A stretch of DNA of 63,736 bases, counting the filler, from an uncultured Methanosarcinales archaeon (GTDB lineage: Archaea > Nanobdellota > Nanobdellia > Woesearchaeales > CAZXZL01): assembly GCA_964645415.1 (NCBI GenBank). It is 4 parts of 4 records of this genome, joined end to end, with 100 filler letters (N's around TTAATTAATTAA, not from the genome) between each part and the next. Parts side by side here need not be neighbours in the genome. Positions count along the whole stretch, not along the records: positions 37,098 to 54,625 come from CAZXZL010000020.1; positions 54,726 to 63,736 come from CAZXZL010000037.1; 2 more parts are not named here. The stretch is one strand, 5' to 3'. Position 1 is the stretch's first letter. The number at the start of each line of letters is the position of its first letter. A program made the translations under genes and the position numbers. Positions 51,552 to 61,808 of this stretch are shown here, in pieces. The notes beneath the pieces are model-generated. The model ran no database searches. It saw nothing but the letters and a program-made list of their open reading frames with translations, and was not told where the DNA came from.

Positions 51552-54078
51552 TTTTTACCTCCTCAATATCGATAAATATCTCTTTTTCACTTTCATTAGA
51601 ATTATTTTTTTTATATTTTAGATAATCTTTAATTTCTTTTACCTTAGAAAGTTCAAATATTAAAAGTAAAGATAAAATAATAAATACACCTGATATGAAA
51701 ATTAAAACATTTTGGACTAAACCATCTCGGGTTGATTCTATTTCATCATCAAGACAGACTAATCTTTCTTTTTCAATATCAATCTCCTTTCCAGAATAAA
51801 AGAAAGAATCTAAAGAACTTAGTTCAATAGCATACTCTGAAAAAAGTAAAGAAGAAAAACTATCTGACTCTTTTAATGATTCAGAATATTCTAAATAATT
51901 ATAACCCATTATTGGAAAATAACCTCTATTTATAGAATCTTCAATCATATTTCTTGCAATTGGAAGTCTAATATCAATTAATTCAGTAATATGTTCATCA
52001 CTAATACCCATTGTTCCTAACAATAAGTCACTATTTGCTTTTGCCTTAGATGCAAGATAAATACAGTTAACATAATCACTTTCTTCATACTCTGAGTGAG
52101 CATTTTTTAATAAATCATCATCAACTAACGAAGGGATATAATTTGAAATCCCATGTGCTCTCTCTTCAGCTTGAGATAATTTTTCAAGACAAGTTCTTTT
52201 CAATATATCTTCATCAAGTTCACTGTCTTCTAAATTTGATTCAAATAAATAAAACCAACCTTCAATCCCTCTGAGCCTTTCCATTGAATGTGAAATAGTT
52301 GGATAAAAGATATTTTCAAATAAATTAAGTTCTTCTTTATCAGAGATTAATCGAGACATAAAAGAAGAATCAATTTCATCATCGCCTTCAACAAAGTGAG
52401 AGTAATCTGAATCTAAAAAGTTATTAGGAGTTATAAAATGTAAATCATCTTTTCTTATTTGACCTAAAATAACATCTGGGAACTCATCAAATATATTAAT
52501 AGATTCCATTAAACCTTCCTTTCCTTCAATCAATCTATCATTTGAAATCATTCTTGCTTGAAAATCAAAATAATTTTTAATCTCTTTATCTTCAAGTGAC
52601 TCATCTAATTCTTTATATGTATTATTAACTCTTTCAATCAAATCAGAAGGATTCGGTTTATTAAAAGAGTTATATATGTTTCTTAACTCTGAACTTGCTG
52701 AAAAACAAAAACTTGCTCGGCTATAAAAGTTATTTTCTTCTTTCATTTCAATAGAATATTCATATCTTTCATCAACAATATTAGTTGACATCAAATTTTC
52801 AAGGCAAAGAAAATTTCCTTCTTCATTTAATAATGAACTATTAACATAATTTATTCTTTCACTTAAGTAATTAAATCTATCTTCTTTATCTAAAAAAGAA
52901 AAATAAAGTTTTTCTTCATTATTTAAATTATCAAATAACTTACTAGAAAGATTATTGAAAAAATAAAAAGAATTATGATATAATTCAAGTTTAGAATAAA
53001 CTTCTTCTATAAACTCATTTTGTGAAATATTCTTTGATAGAGTTTCTGAAAAAACATTATATACATCTTCAAGTATCTTATCAACTTTTGGATCATTAAT
53101 TGTTAAATAATCTTCATCAGAATAAAAATGATTAAAATCATACTTATTTGTAATAGATCTAAAAAAGATTGAGAAATCAAAGAAAAAATTATCATTATTA
53201 AAATTATGTACTTCAAGAATTGAATTAATAAAGTGAGATTTAAAATCCTCATTTAAAGTATCTTCCCAACCTTCTGGAATTGAATTAGAATCAATTTTAA
53301 TACAAGTTTCAGAAATTTTATCATTTATATCATCTGCAATTTGAAACATATTTTCACACATATCATCAGAAATCTTTTCCATTAATCGATAATACTCAGC
53401 TTCTGAATCAACCTCTGATTCAACAGAAATCTTCCTTTCAGAAATTTTATTACTTAATTTATCGTACTCAGAGTCACCTAAAATATTTTTTAGTATATCA
53501 TCTACAGAATCAATCGGATGAACTTTAAAAGTAGGTAAATCATAAACATCTATCTCTTCTTCATCAGTTAAAAGTGATACACGAGGAATAAAAACTTCTT
53601 TTAAACCATGATTCTTTGCAGCTTCTATTTTACTATTTATCCCTCCAACTAATCCAACAATGCCTCCGCTATTTATAGTTCCAGTCATACTTACATCATG
53701 AGGAAAATCTTTATCCTCTAAAGTTAAAATCGTTAAGGCAGTTAATGCAGAACCTGCACTTGGTCCTTCAACAAAAGTAGTTCCTGAATCAATCAAGTAA
53801 AAAAAATCGTAATCACTACAATCTCTATAAGTATATTGACAGGCTAAATCTTTAGCAAATCTTACAGATAAAATAGTATCTGTTTCAGGAACAGGATAAG
53901 ATTCAACAAAAACTCTTCCATCTCCCGGTGTTATCTCAAGATGTGCCTCAGCTAGACCACCACCTTCACCATCGTGAGTTGTTGCAAGTAAATTCATAGA
54001 ATTACTATGAGAAATGACACTAGTTAAACTTAACATAAATACAAGTAGTCCAAAAAGTAATAGTTTATTAAATTTCAT
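51544..54078 (-). CDS. Membrane-anchored Lon-like (S16) serine protease lacking an ATPase domain (COG1750-like)
   Basis: Signal peptide MKFNKLLL (start 54078; the track start overlaps tRNA-Arg), GPSAG catalytic Ser, MTGTI..VGGINSKIEAA catalytic Lys, C-terminal TM. Confidence 0.88.
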   Translation of the reverse strand: MKFNKLLLFGLLVFMLSLTSVISHSNSMNLLATTHDGEGGGLAEAHLEITPGDGRVFVESYPVPETDTILSVRFAKDLACQYTYRDCSDYDFFYLIDSGTTFVEGPSAGSALTALTILTLEDKDFPHDVSMTGTINSGGIVGLVGGINSKIEAAKNHGLKEVFIPRVSLLTDEEEIDVYDLPTFKVHPIDSVDDILKNILGDSEYDKLSNKISERKISVESEVDSEAEYYRLMEKISDDMCENMFQIADDINDKISETCIKIDSNSIPEGWEDTLNEDFKSHFINSILEVHNFNNDNFFFDFSIFFRSITNKYDFNHFYSDEDYLTINDPKVDKILEDVYNVFSETLSKNISQNEFIEEVYSKLELYHNSFYFFNNLSSKLFDNLNNEEKLYFSFLDKEDRFNYLSERINYVNSSLLNEEGNFLCLENLMSTNIVDERYEYSIEMKEENNFYSRASFCFSASSELRNIYNSFNKPNPSDLIERVNNTYKELDESLEDKEIKNYFDFQARMISNDRLIEGKEGLMESINIFDEFPDVILGQIRKDDLHFITPNNFLDSDYSHFVEGDDEIDSSFMSRLISDKEELNLFENIFYPTISHSMERLRGIEGWFYLFESNLEDSELDEDILKRTCLEKLSQAEERAHGISNYIPSLVDDDLLKNAHSEYEESDYVNCIYLASKAKANSDLLLGTMGISDEHITELIDIRLPIARNMIEDSINRGYFPIMGYNYLEYSESLKESDSFSSLLFSEYAIELSSLDSFFYSGKEIDIEKERLVCLDDEIESTRDGLVQNVLIFISGVFIILSLLLIFELSKVKEIKDYLKYKKNNSNESEKEIFIDIEEVKNE

Positions 54079-54086
54079 TTTAATTA

Positions 54087-54160
54087 CGGGCTCGGTGGGA
54101 GTCGAACCCACGACCTATAGCTTAGGAGGCTATCGCTCTATCCAGCTGAGCTACGAACCC
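54087..54160 (-). tRNA. tRNA-Arg(CCT)
   Basis: GGGTTCG/CGAGCCC acceptor stem, anticodon arm ATAGC-CTCCTAA-GCTAT, T arm GTGGG-TTCGACT-CCCAC. Confidence 0.95.
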
Positions 54161-54274
54161 ACAAGAAATAAAATAAAAAACATAATATAAATTTATTGGT
54201 ATAACACATAAAATAGGAATTTTTCTTTTTACTCCATACCTTATAATCACTTCTTTTTTTAGAGGATTTTGCCC

Positions 54275-54625
54275 TAAACATTCTTTAGCAATAAACGAAG
54301 ACACAAACTTTAGCATAAAACGAATAAACATTACTAAACTAAAGTTTAGAACTTATTAAATAAAAATAAATAGAATATTATAGAATATTCGTATTTAGCT
54401 AAAGGTTGTAGAAATCTTTTTTATCTTCGATAATGTAGAAGTCAAAATCATCCAAATTAAAAAAAAAAAGATTTTATAAAAACAAAGATAGAAATAAATA
54501 GAATATTATAGAAACTACCGTGCCATTCTTTAGAATGGTACCATCCTGGTCAATCATATAAAATCAGAGATTTTAAGGGTTATTTAATCAGAGATTAAAA
54601 ACTTTGATAAAGATTGTGTGATAAA
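54275..54625 (+). repeat. Mosaic of dispersed repeat modules (module A plus hairpin tail), truncated by gap
   Basis: CATTCTTTAGC..ACGAA block, CTAAAC-TAAA-GTTTAG, CAAAATCATCCAAA, core hairpin GTGCCATTC-TTTA-GAATGGTAC (54520-54541), TTTAATC-AGA-GATTAAA. Confidence 0.85.
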
Positions 54626-54725
54626 NNNNNNNNNNNNNNNNNNNNNNNNNNNNNNNNNNNNNNNNNNNNTTAATTAATTAANNNNNNNNNNNNNNNNNNN
54701 NNNNNNNNNNNNNNNNNNNNNNNNN
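54626..54725. other. Assembly linker gap
   Basis: N-run with central TTAATTAATTAA. Confidence 0.95.
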
Positions 54726-54780
54726 TACAAACTTTTAAGGGTGTTTAATCGTAGATTAAAAACTTTGATAAAGATTGAAA
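54726..54780 (+). repeat. 3' tail of the dispersed repeat
   Basis: TACAAACTTTTAAGGGTGTTTAATCGTAGATTAAAAACTTTGATAAAG matches the reverse complement of 36841-36888 with one mismatch. Confidence 0.8.
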
Positions 54781-54838
54781 CAAAAAAAATGGAATTTAAT
54801 AAAAACTTAAATATTGTGTAAAAAAAGATGGTAAAAAA

Positions 54839-54909
54839 TGCGTCAGCCGGGATTTGAACCCGGGTCGACGGCTTGGAAGGCCGTAATCATACCACTAGAC
54901 CACTGACGC
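54839..54909 (-). tRNA. tRNA-Gly(TCC)
   Basis: GCGTCAG/CTGACGC acceptor stem, anticodon arm ACGGC-CTTCCAA-GCCGT, T arm CCGGG-TTCAAAT-CCCGG. Confidence 0.95.
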
Positions 54910-55018
54910 AAAAATATAATTATCAGCTAGAAAATAGTAAATAATAAATGCTTAAAAATCTTTCGATAATTTAAATATTTCAAAAAGTATTTAACTAAAG
55001 AGAAAAATAGGGTATTAG

Positions 55019-55366
55019 ATGGATAAAAATTATCAAATTGGAATTATTATTATGATTATTGCCAGTTTATTTGCTGCTGTTGGTCAATATTTTTTTCAGC
55101 TTGTTTCATTCCAAGAAGATTTTTTATATTTACTTTATTATTACTTATTTGGACTTATTTTATACGGGATGGGTTTTTTATGTATGATGATTGCTTATAG
55201 AAAACTTCCTCTTTCAATTGCTCACCCTTTAATTTCATTTGAGTATATTTTTGCACTCTTTATTTCATTCTTTCTACTAAACGAAATAATTACAGGTAGA
55301 AAGATAGTAGGTATTTTATTTATTATATCAGGAGCATATTTTCTGTCTCTTGATTTAAGGTCATAA
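55019..55366 (+). CDS. Four-TM EamA/SMR-like (ArnE/ArnF-like) transporter subunit
   Basis: GQYF, LSIAHPL, LNE...GILFIISG pattern. Confidence 0.8.
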   Translation: MDKNYQIGIIIMIIASLFAAVGQYFFQLVSFQEDFLYLLYYYLFGLILYGMGFLCMMIAYRKLPLSIAHPLISFEYIFALFISFFLLNEIITGRKIVGILFIISGAYFLSLDLRS

Positions 55367-55368
55367 AA

Positions 55369-55707
55369 ATGATTTCATATAACTTAGCAATAGGACTTGC
55401 TGTTTTTGGTTCATTCTTAGGATCAATAGCTAGCTTGAATTTAAAAAAAGGTGTGGATTTTGAAAAATTTGAAATAATTGAATTAATTAATAAAAATTTA
55501 TTCTTAAGTGTTTTTATTTATGGAATTGCTTCAATTATTAGTGTAATTGCATTAAGTGGAGCACCTTATATTGTAATTTTTCCAATCACAAGTACAACAT
55601 GGATTTGGTCTTTAATTTTATCTCATATCTTCTTAAATGAAGAAATTAATAGATATAAAGTATTTGGGATATATTTAATAATTTTAGGAGTAATATTACT
55701 TATTTAA
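55369..55707 (+). CDS. Four-TM EamA/SMR-like (ArnE/ArnF-like) transporter subunit
   Basis: LKKG, FPITS, FLNEEI...GIYLIILGV; tandem partner of the upstream gene. Confidence 0.8.
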   Translation: MISYNLAIGLAVFGSFLGSIASLNLKKGVDFEKFEIIELINKNLFLSVFIYGIASIISVIALSGAPYIVIFPITSTTWIWSLILSHIFLNEEINRYKVFGIYLIILGVILLI

Positions 55708-55732
55708 AAAGAACATAGAATAATTTATACTT

Positions 55733-56164
55733 TTAATTATTTAATAAACTTCTAAGAAATTCACATACCTTTTTTCCATGATATACTTTCTTTAATTTTA
55801 ATTGCCCAACGGGAGTGTTAATTAAAACATCTCCTATTTCTCCAAATGTTTTTTTATAGGAGACACTATTTATATTTTCATAATACACTTTTTTTCCTTC
55901 AGGCATAAATACTAGTTTATCATTTTTAAAAAGATATTCTTTATTTTTTAATCTAAAAAAAGAAACAATTGGTTGAAGAAATGCAAGAAAAATAATTACA
56001 ACAAACATAATTAATAGTTGATTTAAAGATAAATTAATATTTAAAATATTAAAAAGAATAAAAACACTAAAAAAAAAAATTAATGACACAAAAACAGATA
56101 CAACTAACTCAAACTTCAAAAAAGTCTTTAAATTTGGTTTAGTTCTGTACCTGTTTTCAGACAT
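55733..56164 (-). CDS. Two-TM protein with probable bacterial-PH-like domain
   Basis: Two TMs, then a beta-rich segment (YENINSVSYKKTFGEIGDVLINT). Confidence 0.6.
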   Translation of the reverse strand: MSENRYRTKPNLKTFLKFELVVSVFVSLIFFFSVFILFNILNINLSLNQLLIMFVVIIFLAFLQPIVSFFRLKNKEYLFKNDKLVFMPEGKKVYYENINSVSYKKTFGEIGDVLINTPVGQLKLKKVYHGKKVCEFLRSLLNN

Positions 56165-56172
56165 TTTATACC

Positions 56173-58593
56173 TCAGTTATGTTGACCAAGCTCTTTTTCT
56201 TTTTCATAAATGTCAATTCTAGTTTTAACAACAGTATCTGGGTTCAATGAAATACTATCAATACCATTCTCTACTAAAAATTGTGCAAATTCTGGATAAT
56301 CACTTGGAGCTTGTCCACAAATACCAACTTTTCTTCCATGACTTTCAGCTTTCTCTATTAAAGTTGAAACCATTTCTTTAACTGCACTATTTCTTTCATC
56401 ATAAACATGACTCACTAGTTCAGAGTCTCTATCAACACCTAAAGTTAATTGAGTAAGGTCATTACTTCCAATTGAAAAACCATCAAACCTTTTAGAGAAT
56501 TCATCTGCTAAAACAACATTAGATGGAATTTCAGCCATAACATAAACTTTTAATCCATTATGACCTCTTCTTAAATCATAATCTGCCATGATTTCAAGTA
56601 CTTTATCAGCTTCTTTAATAGTACGACAGAAAGGAATCATTAATTTAAGATTGTCAAGACCCATATCTTGTCTAACTTTTTTGACAGCTTCACATTCTAA
56701 TCCAAAAGATTCTCTAAAGTCATCACTATAATATCTACTAGCTCCTCTCCAACCAATCATTGGATTATCTTCTTCTGGTTCATAATTGTCTCCACCAATC
56801 AAATTAGCATATTCATTTGTCTTAAAATCAGAGAATCTCAAAATAACAGGTTTTGGATAAAATGCTGCCGAAAGCATTCCAATTCCTTCTGCAAGTTTAT
56901 CAACATAAAATTGTCTTTTATCATCATAAGCAGAAGTAATCTCATCAATTTTCTTTTTTAATGATTCATCTTCAAGAGAATCATAATTTAAAAGTGCTTT
57001 TGGATGAATTTTAATATAAGAGTTAATAATAAACTCTTCTCTTGCTAATCCAACTCCATCATTTGGTAAAAATGAAAGTTTAAATGCTTGTTCAGGGTTA
57101 GCAATATTCATCATAATTTTAGTGTTTGTATCAGGTATTTTACCAAGATTAATTTTGTTTACATCATAATTTAAAATACCTTCATAAACTTTTCCAACTT
57201 CACCCTCTGCACAACTAACTGTTACATCTTTTCCAGATTCAAGTACATCTGTTGCATTTTCAGTACCTACAATACAAGGAATACCCATTTCTCTAGAAAT
57301 AATTGCAGCATGACATGTTCTTCCTCCACGATTAGTCACAATTGCAGAAGCAATTTTCATAATAGGTTCCCAGTCTGGATCAGTCATATCAGTAACAAGT
57401 ACTTGACCTTCTTCAAATTCATCAATTTGATCAACACTTTTAATTACATTGATTTCACCAGAACCAATTTTTTCACCAACAGCTGCTCCTTCAACTAAAA
57501 CATTTCCTTCATCATTTAATTTATACTCTTCATAAACATTAAAGTCTTTTTGAGATTGAACTGTTTCAGGCCTAGCTTGAACAATAAATAATTCTCCAGT
57601 TTCGCCATCTTTAGCCCATTCCATATCCATAGGAGTATATTCTCCTCTTTTGTGACTATAATGTTCTTCAATTCTTTTTGCCCATTTAGCAAGTTGAATT
57701 ACTTCATCATCATTAATAGAATAACTTTTTCTATCTTCGTAAGGGACTTTAACATTTTTTACCGGTTTTACACCCTTATTATAGATCATTTTAATTTCTT
57801 TACTTCCACATTTTCTATAGACAATAGGTCTTTTTCCTTCATCAAGTTTTGGTTTGAAAACATAGAATTCATCAGGATTAACAGCTCCTTGAACTACATT
57901 TTCTCCTAAACCATAAGCAGAAGTAATGAAAACAGAATCCTTAAAACCAGATTCGGTATCAATTGAAAACATAACACCACTTGATGCTTTATCACTTCTA
58001 ATCATCTTTTGAACACCAACACTTAGTGCAATATCAAAGTGATTAAAACCTTTATCTTCTCTATAAGAAATTGCTCTATCAGTAAATAAAGAAGCAATAC
58101 ATTTTTTAACAGCTTCAAGTAAATGAGCAGGACCTTTAATATTTAAGTAAGTCTCTTGTTGACCTGCAAATGATGCATCAGGTAAATCTTCAGCAGTTGC
58201 AGAACTTCTAACAGCAACATCAGGATCTTTCCCATACTCTAATCCCATATTATGATAAGCTTTTTTAATAGAAACTTTAAGTTCATGAGGTAATTCTTTA
58301 TCTAAAATAGCGTGTCTTACTTTCCAACCTTTATCTTTAAGGTCATCTAAATCATTAGTGTTTACACCAGTTAAAATATCTTTAATTTCACTTCTTAAAC
58401 CAGTTTTATCTAAAAAATACCAGTATGCATATGAAGTAAGTGCAAAACCATTTGGAACATTAACTCCTTCTGAAGTTAAGTTTTGATACATCTCTCCTAA
58501 AGAAGCATTCTTTCCACCAACAAGGGCAACATCATCATTATCTATCTGATCAAACCATAAAATAAATTCTTTTTCTTTTTCCATAGAGCTCAC
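56173..58593 (-). CDS. ppsA: Phosphoenolpyruvate synthase (pyruvate, water dikinase)
   Basis: VGGKNASLGEM, VRSSATAEDLPDASFAGQQ, GGRTCHAAI (phospho-His), FSIGSNDLTQ, GICGQAPS; start may be ATG 58584. Confidence 0.97.
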   Translation of the reverse strand: MSSMEKEKEFILWFDQIDNDDVALVGGKNASLGEMYQNLTSEGVNVPNGFALTSYAYWYFLDKTGLRSEIKDILTGVNTNDLDDLKDKGWKVRHAILDKELPHELKVSIKKAYHNMGLEYGKDPDVAVRSSATAEDLPDASFAGQQETYLNIKGPAHLLEAVKKCIASLFTDRAISYREDKGFNHFDIALSVGVQKMIRSDKASSGVMFSIDTESGFKDSVFITSAYGLGENVVQGAVNPDEFYVFKPKLDEGKRPIVYRKCGSKEIKMIYNKGVKPVKNVKVPYEDRKSYSINDDEVIQLAKWAKRIEEHYSHKRGEYTPMDMEWAKDGETGELFIVQARPETVQSQKDFNVYEEYKLNDEGNVLVEGAAVGEKIGSGEINVIKSVDQIDEFEEGQVLVTDMTDPDWEPIMKIASAIVTNRGGRTCHAAIISREMGIPCIVGTENATDVLESGKDVTVSCAEGEVGKVYEGILNYDVNKINLGKIPDTNTKIMMNIANPEQAFKLSFLPNDGVGLAREEFIINSYIKIHPKALLNYDSLEDESLKKKIDEITSAYDDKRQFYVDKLAEGIGMLSAAFYPKPVILRFSDFKTNEYANLIGGDNYEPEEDNPMIGWRGASRYYSDDFRESFGLECEAVKKVRQDMGLDNLKLMIPFCRTIKEADKVLEIMADYDLRRGHNGLKVYVMAEIPSNVVLADEFSKRFDGFSIGSNDLTQLTLGVDRDSELVSHVYDERNSAVKEMVSTLIEKAESHGRKVGICGQAPSDYPEFAQFLVENGIDSISLNPDTVVKTRIDIYEKEKELGQHN

Positions 58594-58804
58594 CTAAGAA
58601 TAATTGTATATTCAAAGATAAAATCAATATTGGAATATATAAATATTTGTTATTATTAATAAATAACATAGTTAAACCTTGTTTTTATTAATTAGATAAT
58701 GTATGAATCTAAAATATTTTAGAATAAGTTAAAAAAATTATGTTTATATTCTTGAAAAATAATATACATATAAAGTGTTAATAATTTTTCAATAAATAAT
58801 AATA

Positions 58805-59518
58805 TTATATTCTCTCAACGTTATTTATTAAATGTTTAAAGTATTTTTTAGAATCAAATTCTGTTGATAGTTTTCTTGAAAAATAATTTTCAATATTTTT
58901 TAAATCTCTTCTTAATAATTCAATCCAATTAGGATTATTAATTTTTGTACTTTGTGAAAAATCAATTATATAAGGTTCATTATCCCAATTTAAAATATTA
59001 AAAGCAGATAAATCACCATGTACAATTTTTACCTCAAACAATAACTTTTCAATTTGTTTTTTGATTTTTTCAAGAAATTCTTTTGGATCATCAGGATTTT
59101 TATCTTTAAGCATTGGTGCTGGTCTATCATTCCCAATTAAACTCATTAAAATAATATGTTTTTTATGATAAATAGGGATAGGTGCATTAATGAATTTTTC
59201 ATGAGATTTATTCATATTACTAAATTCTCTTTGTACCCAACTTAAAATAATTTGTCTACGATTTTTTTTAATATTTGTATACATAGGATCAGAAATCAAA
59301 TAACTATACATTTCATTAAAATTACAAGATTGAAGCCGATAAATTTTCAAAATTCTAACATCTTCTCCTTTACGAGCAGTAAAAACATTTGCTTCTTTTC
59401 CAATTGAAACTGGACTTACAATCTCATCAATAATGTGAGAACTAAAGAGTTGATTAATTACTTTATTTGTATAATTATCAAATACATTATTGTAAATTTT
59501 ATGTTTGTCTTTTGTCAT
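58805..59518 (-). CDS. rio1: RIO1-family serine kinase
   Basis: SIGKEANVF, KIYR, VHGDLSAFNIL, IIDFSQS, LRRD. Confidence 0.92.
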   Translation of the reverse strand: MTKDKHKIYNNVFDNYTNKVINQLFSSHIIDEIVSPVSIGKEANVFTARKGEDVRILKIYRLQSCNFNEMYSYLISDPMYTNIKKNRRQIILSWVQREFSNMNKSHEKFINAPIPIYHKKHIILMSLIGNDRPAPMLKDKNPDDPKEFLEKIKKQIEKLLFEVKIVHGDLSAFNILNWDNEPYIIDFSQSTKINNPNWIELLRRDLKNIENYFSRKLSTEFDSKKYFKHLINNVERI

Positions 59519-59609
59519 AAAAAAATAAAGGAAGTTTTATTTAAATAGTTTCCTTTAAAAATATAAAAAAATAAGGTAACTAAGATTAATTATTTTATAT
59601 CAAAATAAT

Positions 59610-61577
59610 TCAATCTAATTTTTTTGAAAGATAAACACCATCATCATTGTATCCTAATTTTCGATAATATTCTTTCACACCTACTCCAGAAATAACTAAT
59701 ATTTTATTTAAACCCAGTTCTTTAGATATATCTTCAGCTTTTTTCATTAGTTTTTTTCCAAAACCTCTATGTTGAACATTTCCTGTTTCACCAATATTTG
59801 TTGTTTCTCCATAAACATGAAGTTCTCTAATTAGTGAACTTTTGTTTGTAATTTCTTTTCTTAAACTTCTTGATGGTATCCTTAGTCTTAAAAAACCTGC
59901 AATAGCATCTAATTTTTTATTTTCAATATGTAAAAAGTATTCTTTTCCAGAACTAGAGTTATATTTTTCAATTTTTAGCTCATAATTAGAATTATCATTA
60001 AGATATGATTTTAATTTCTCTTTTTGTTTTGAGCTAGATTTTCTCATTTTTCGTCTTAACACTCTACCGATTTCTCTATGACGGATTTCTTTAATTTTTA
60101 TCTTCTCTTTTTCTATTTTTTGATTTACCATCTGTCTAAGATTGGATTTTTTAGGACCGTCTTCAATAATAGTTGTTGGAATATCTCTTTGAACTCTCAT
60201 TATTCTTACCCAAAGAGGGACTTCTTTCATAAATTCAAAGATTAAATTTATTGTTTCATCAACAGAAAGAGGTTTATAATCTCCTTTAACATAAGAATCA
60301 TATAATTTTGTTCCCTTAATTACTTGTGTTGGATAAATTTTAAGCATATCTGCCATAAAATCAGGATGATTTACTAGTTTTTTTAAATTTTTTAAGTCAT
60401 TTTTTAAAGATTCTCTAGCACTATCTTTTTTAGGTAAACCTGGCATATAATGTAAGTTTATTTTAAAACCTAAATCTTTTAAATCTTTTATTGAATTAAT
60501 TGTTGTTTTTAAATCATGTCCACGATTAATATATTTTAAAACATCATTATCAAGTGTTTGAACTCCAATTTCAACTTTAGTAGCACCATATGATTGAATT
60601 AAAAAACCATATTTTTTATCTCCATAATCAGGTCTTGTTTCTATATTTAAACCAATACATCTTACATTAGATGTTTCATTTTGTTTTTTAAAGAAAGATA
60701 GAGTTTCTGAGAAAATTTTTAAATCATTTTCAATTATAAATTGATTAACTAAAGAAATTATTTTACTTTTAATCTTCTTTATCTGATTTAAGTTATTAAC
60801 AGAAGATATATTTTTTAATAATTCTAATATGTTTGTATTTGAAATAAATTGATCACATAGTTTTTTCAAATCTTTATTTGATATTGAATCTAAATCTAAA
60901 TATTTTAATAAATAAAGTCGAGATTTAATTAGATTCGTTTTTTCATCAGAGATACCTTTTCTTGAAAATTCTTCATCTATCTCAAAAAAGTATTTAAAAA
61001 ATTTAAAATCTAAGTCTTTAAGTGAACTTCCGAATATTTTTCCAAAATCATTCATTGCTTTATAACAATATTTAATGAAATTAGTTTGGTAATTCAAAGG
61101 ATAAGATGGAAAAGTTCCACCCATTATAATTAAATCAACTTTAGAAAAAGAGGAGTTCATTAGTACATATTGTTGTAGTCTTGACATAACTTGAATATAA
61201 GATTCATAATCACAACGTTCTGCTCTCATACTAGCAGGTTCATTTCCAGTATAACTTTTTGGAACATCTCCAAATTCACTTTTTTCACCACCAGGACAAT
61301 ACATACATAAATTAGGACAATTTCTAGGTTCAGTCATTACTGCAACCACAGAAACACCAGATAACATTCTATTAGGTTTTGTAGAAAGGTAATCAATGAC
61401 ATCTGAATATTTCTCTCTATCTGATTTTTTTAAAATAGAAATCACTTGTATATTACTTGGTACTTTATTGATAGGATATTTTTTAGCTAATTTTGCTTTT
61501 TCTTTATAAACAGTATCTTGATTAATGTTAGACTTTTTTTCAAGTTTTTTTAATAATTCAATAGCATAATTATACAT
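59610..61577 (-). CDS. elp3: Elp3 tRNA uridine(34) acetyltransferase (radical SAM + GNAT)
   Basis: SGVSVVAVM, CPNLCMYCP, PKSYTGNEPA, MGGTF, ETRPD, RVQRDIP, RELHVYG, QHRGFGK, SGVGVKEYY. Confidence 0.95.
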   Translation of the reverse strand: MYNYAIELLKKLEKKSNINQDTVYKEKAKLAKKYPINKVPSNIQVISILKKSDREKYSDVIDYLSTKPNRMLSGVSVVAVMTEPRNCPNLCMYCPGGEKSEFGDVPKSYTGNEPASMRAERCDYESYIQVMSRLQQYVLMNSSFSKVDLIIMGGTFPSYPLNYQTNFIKYCYKAMNDFGKIFGSSLKDLDFKFFKYFFEIDEEFSRKGISDEKTNLIKSRLYLLKYLDLDSISNKDLKKLCDQFISNTNILELLKNISSVNNLNQIKKIKSKIISLVNQFIIENDLKIFSETLSFFKKQNETSNVRCIGLNIETRPDYGDKKYGFLIQSYGATKVEIGVQTLDNDVLKYINRGHDLKTTINSIKDLKDLGFKINLHYMPGLPKKDSARESLKNDLKNLKKLVNHPDFMADMLKIYPTQVIKGTKLYDSYVKGDYKPLSVDETINLIFEFMKEVPLWVRIMRVQRDIPTTIIEDGPKKSNLRQMVNQKIEKEKIKIKEIRHREIGRVLRRKMRKSSSKQKEKLKSYLNDNSNYELKIEKYNSSSGKEYFLHIENKKLDAIAGFLRLRIPSRSLRKEITNKSSLIRELHVYGETTNIGETGNVQHRGFGKKLMKKAEDISKELGLNKILVISGVGVKEYYRKLGYNDDGVYLSKKLD

Positions 61578-61608
61578 TTTAATTAAACGGTCTAATAGAA
61601 CTTATAAA

Positions 61609-61692
61609 CGCCGTGGGAGGGATTTGAACCCTCAAGCCCGAGTGAGCACCAGCTTTCCAGGCTGGCGGAATACCAGGTTATCCGACCACGGC
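61609..61692 (-). tRNA. tRNA-Ser(GGA)
   Basis: GCCGTGG/CCACGGC acceptor stem, anticodon arm CCAGC-CTGGAAA-GCTGG, long variable arm, T arm GAGGG-TTCAAAT-CCCTC. Confidence 0.95.
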
Positions 61693-61808
61693 ATTAGTTA
61701 ATAAAAAATTAATAACAATGGTTGAAAAAAGAATTACTTTTTAAACTTTTTCTATTTAAAGTAAATAAAAATAATATAAAAAAATAATAAAAAGAGTTAT
61801 TATTTTAT

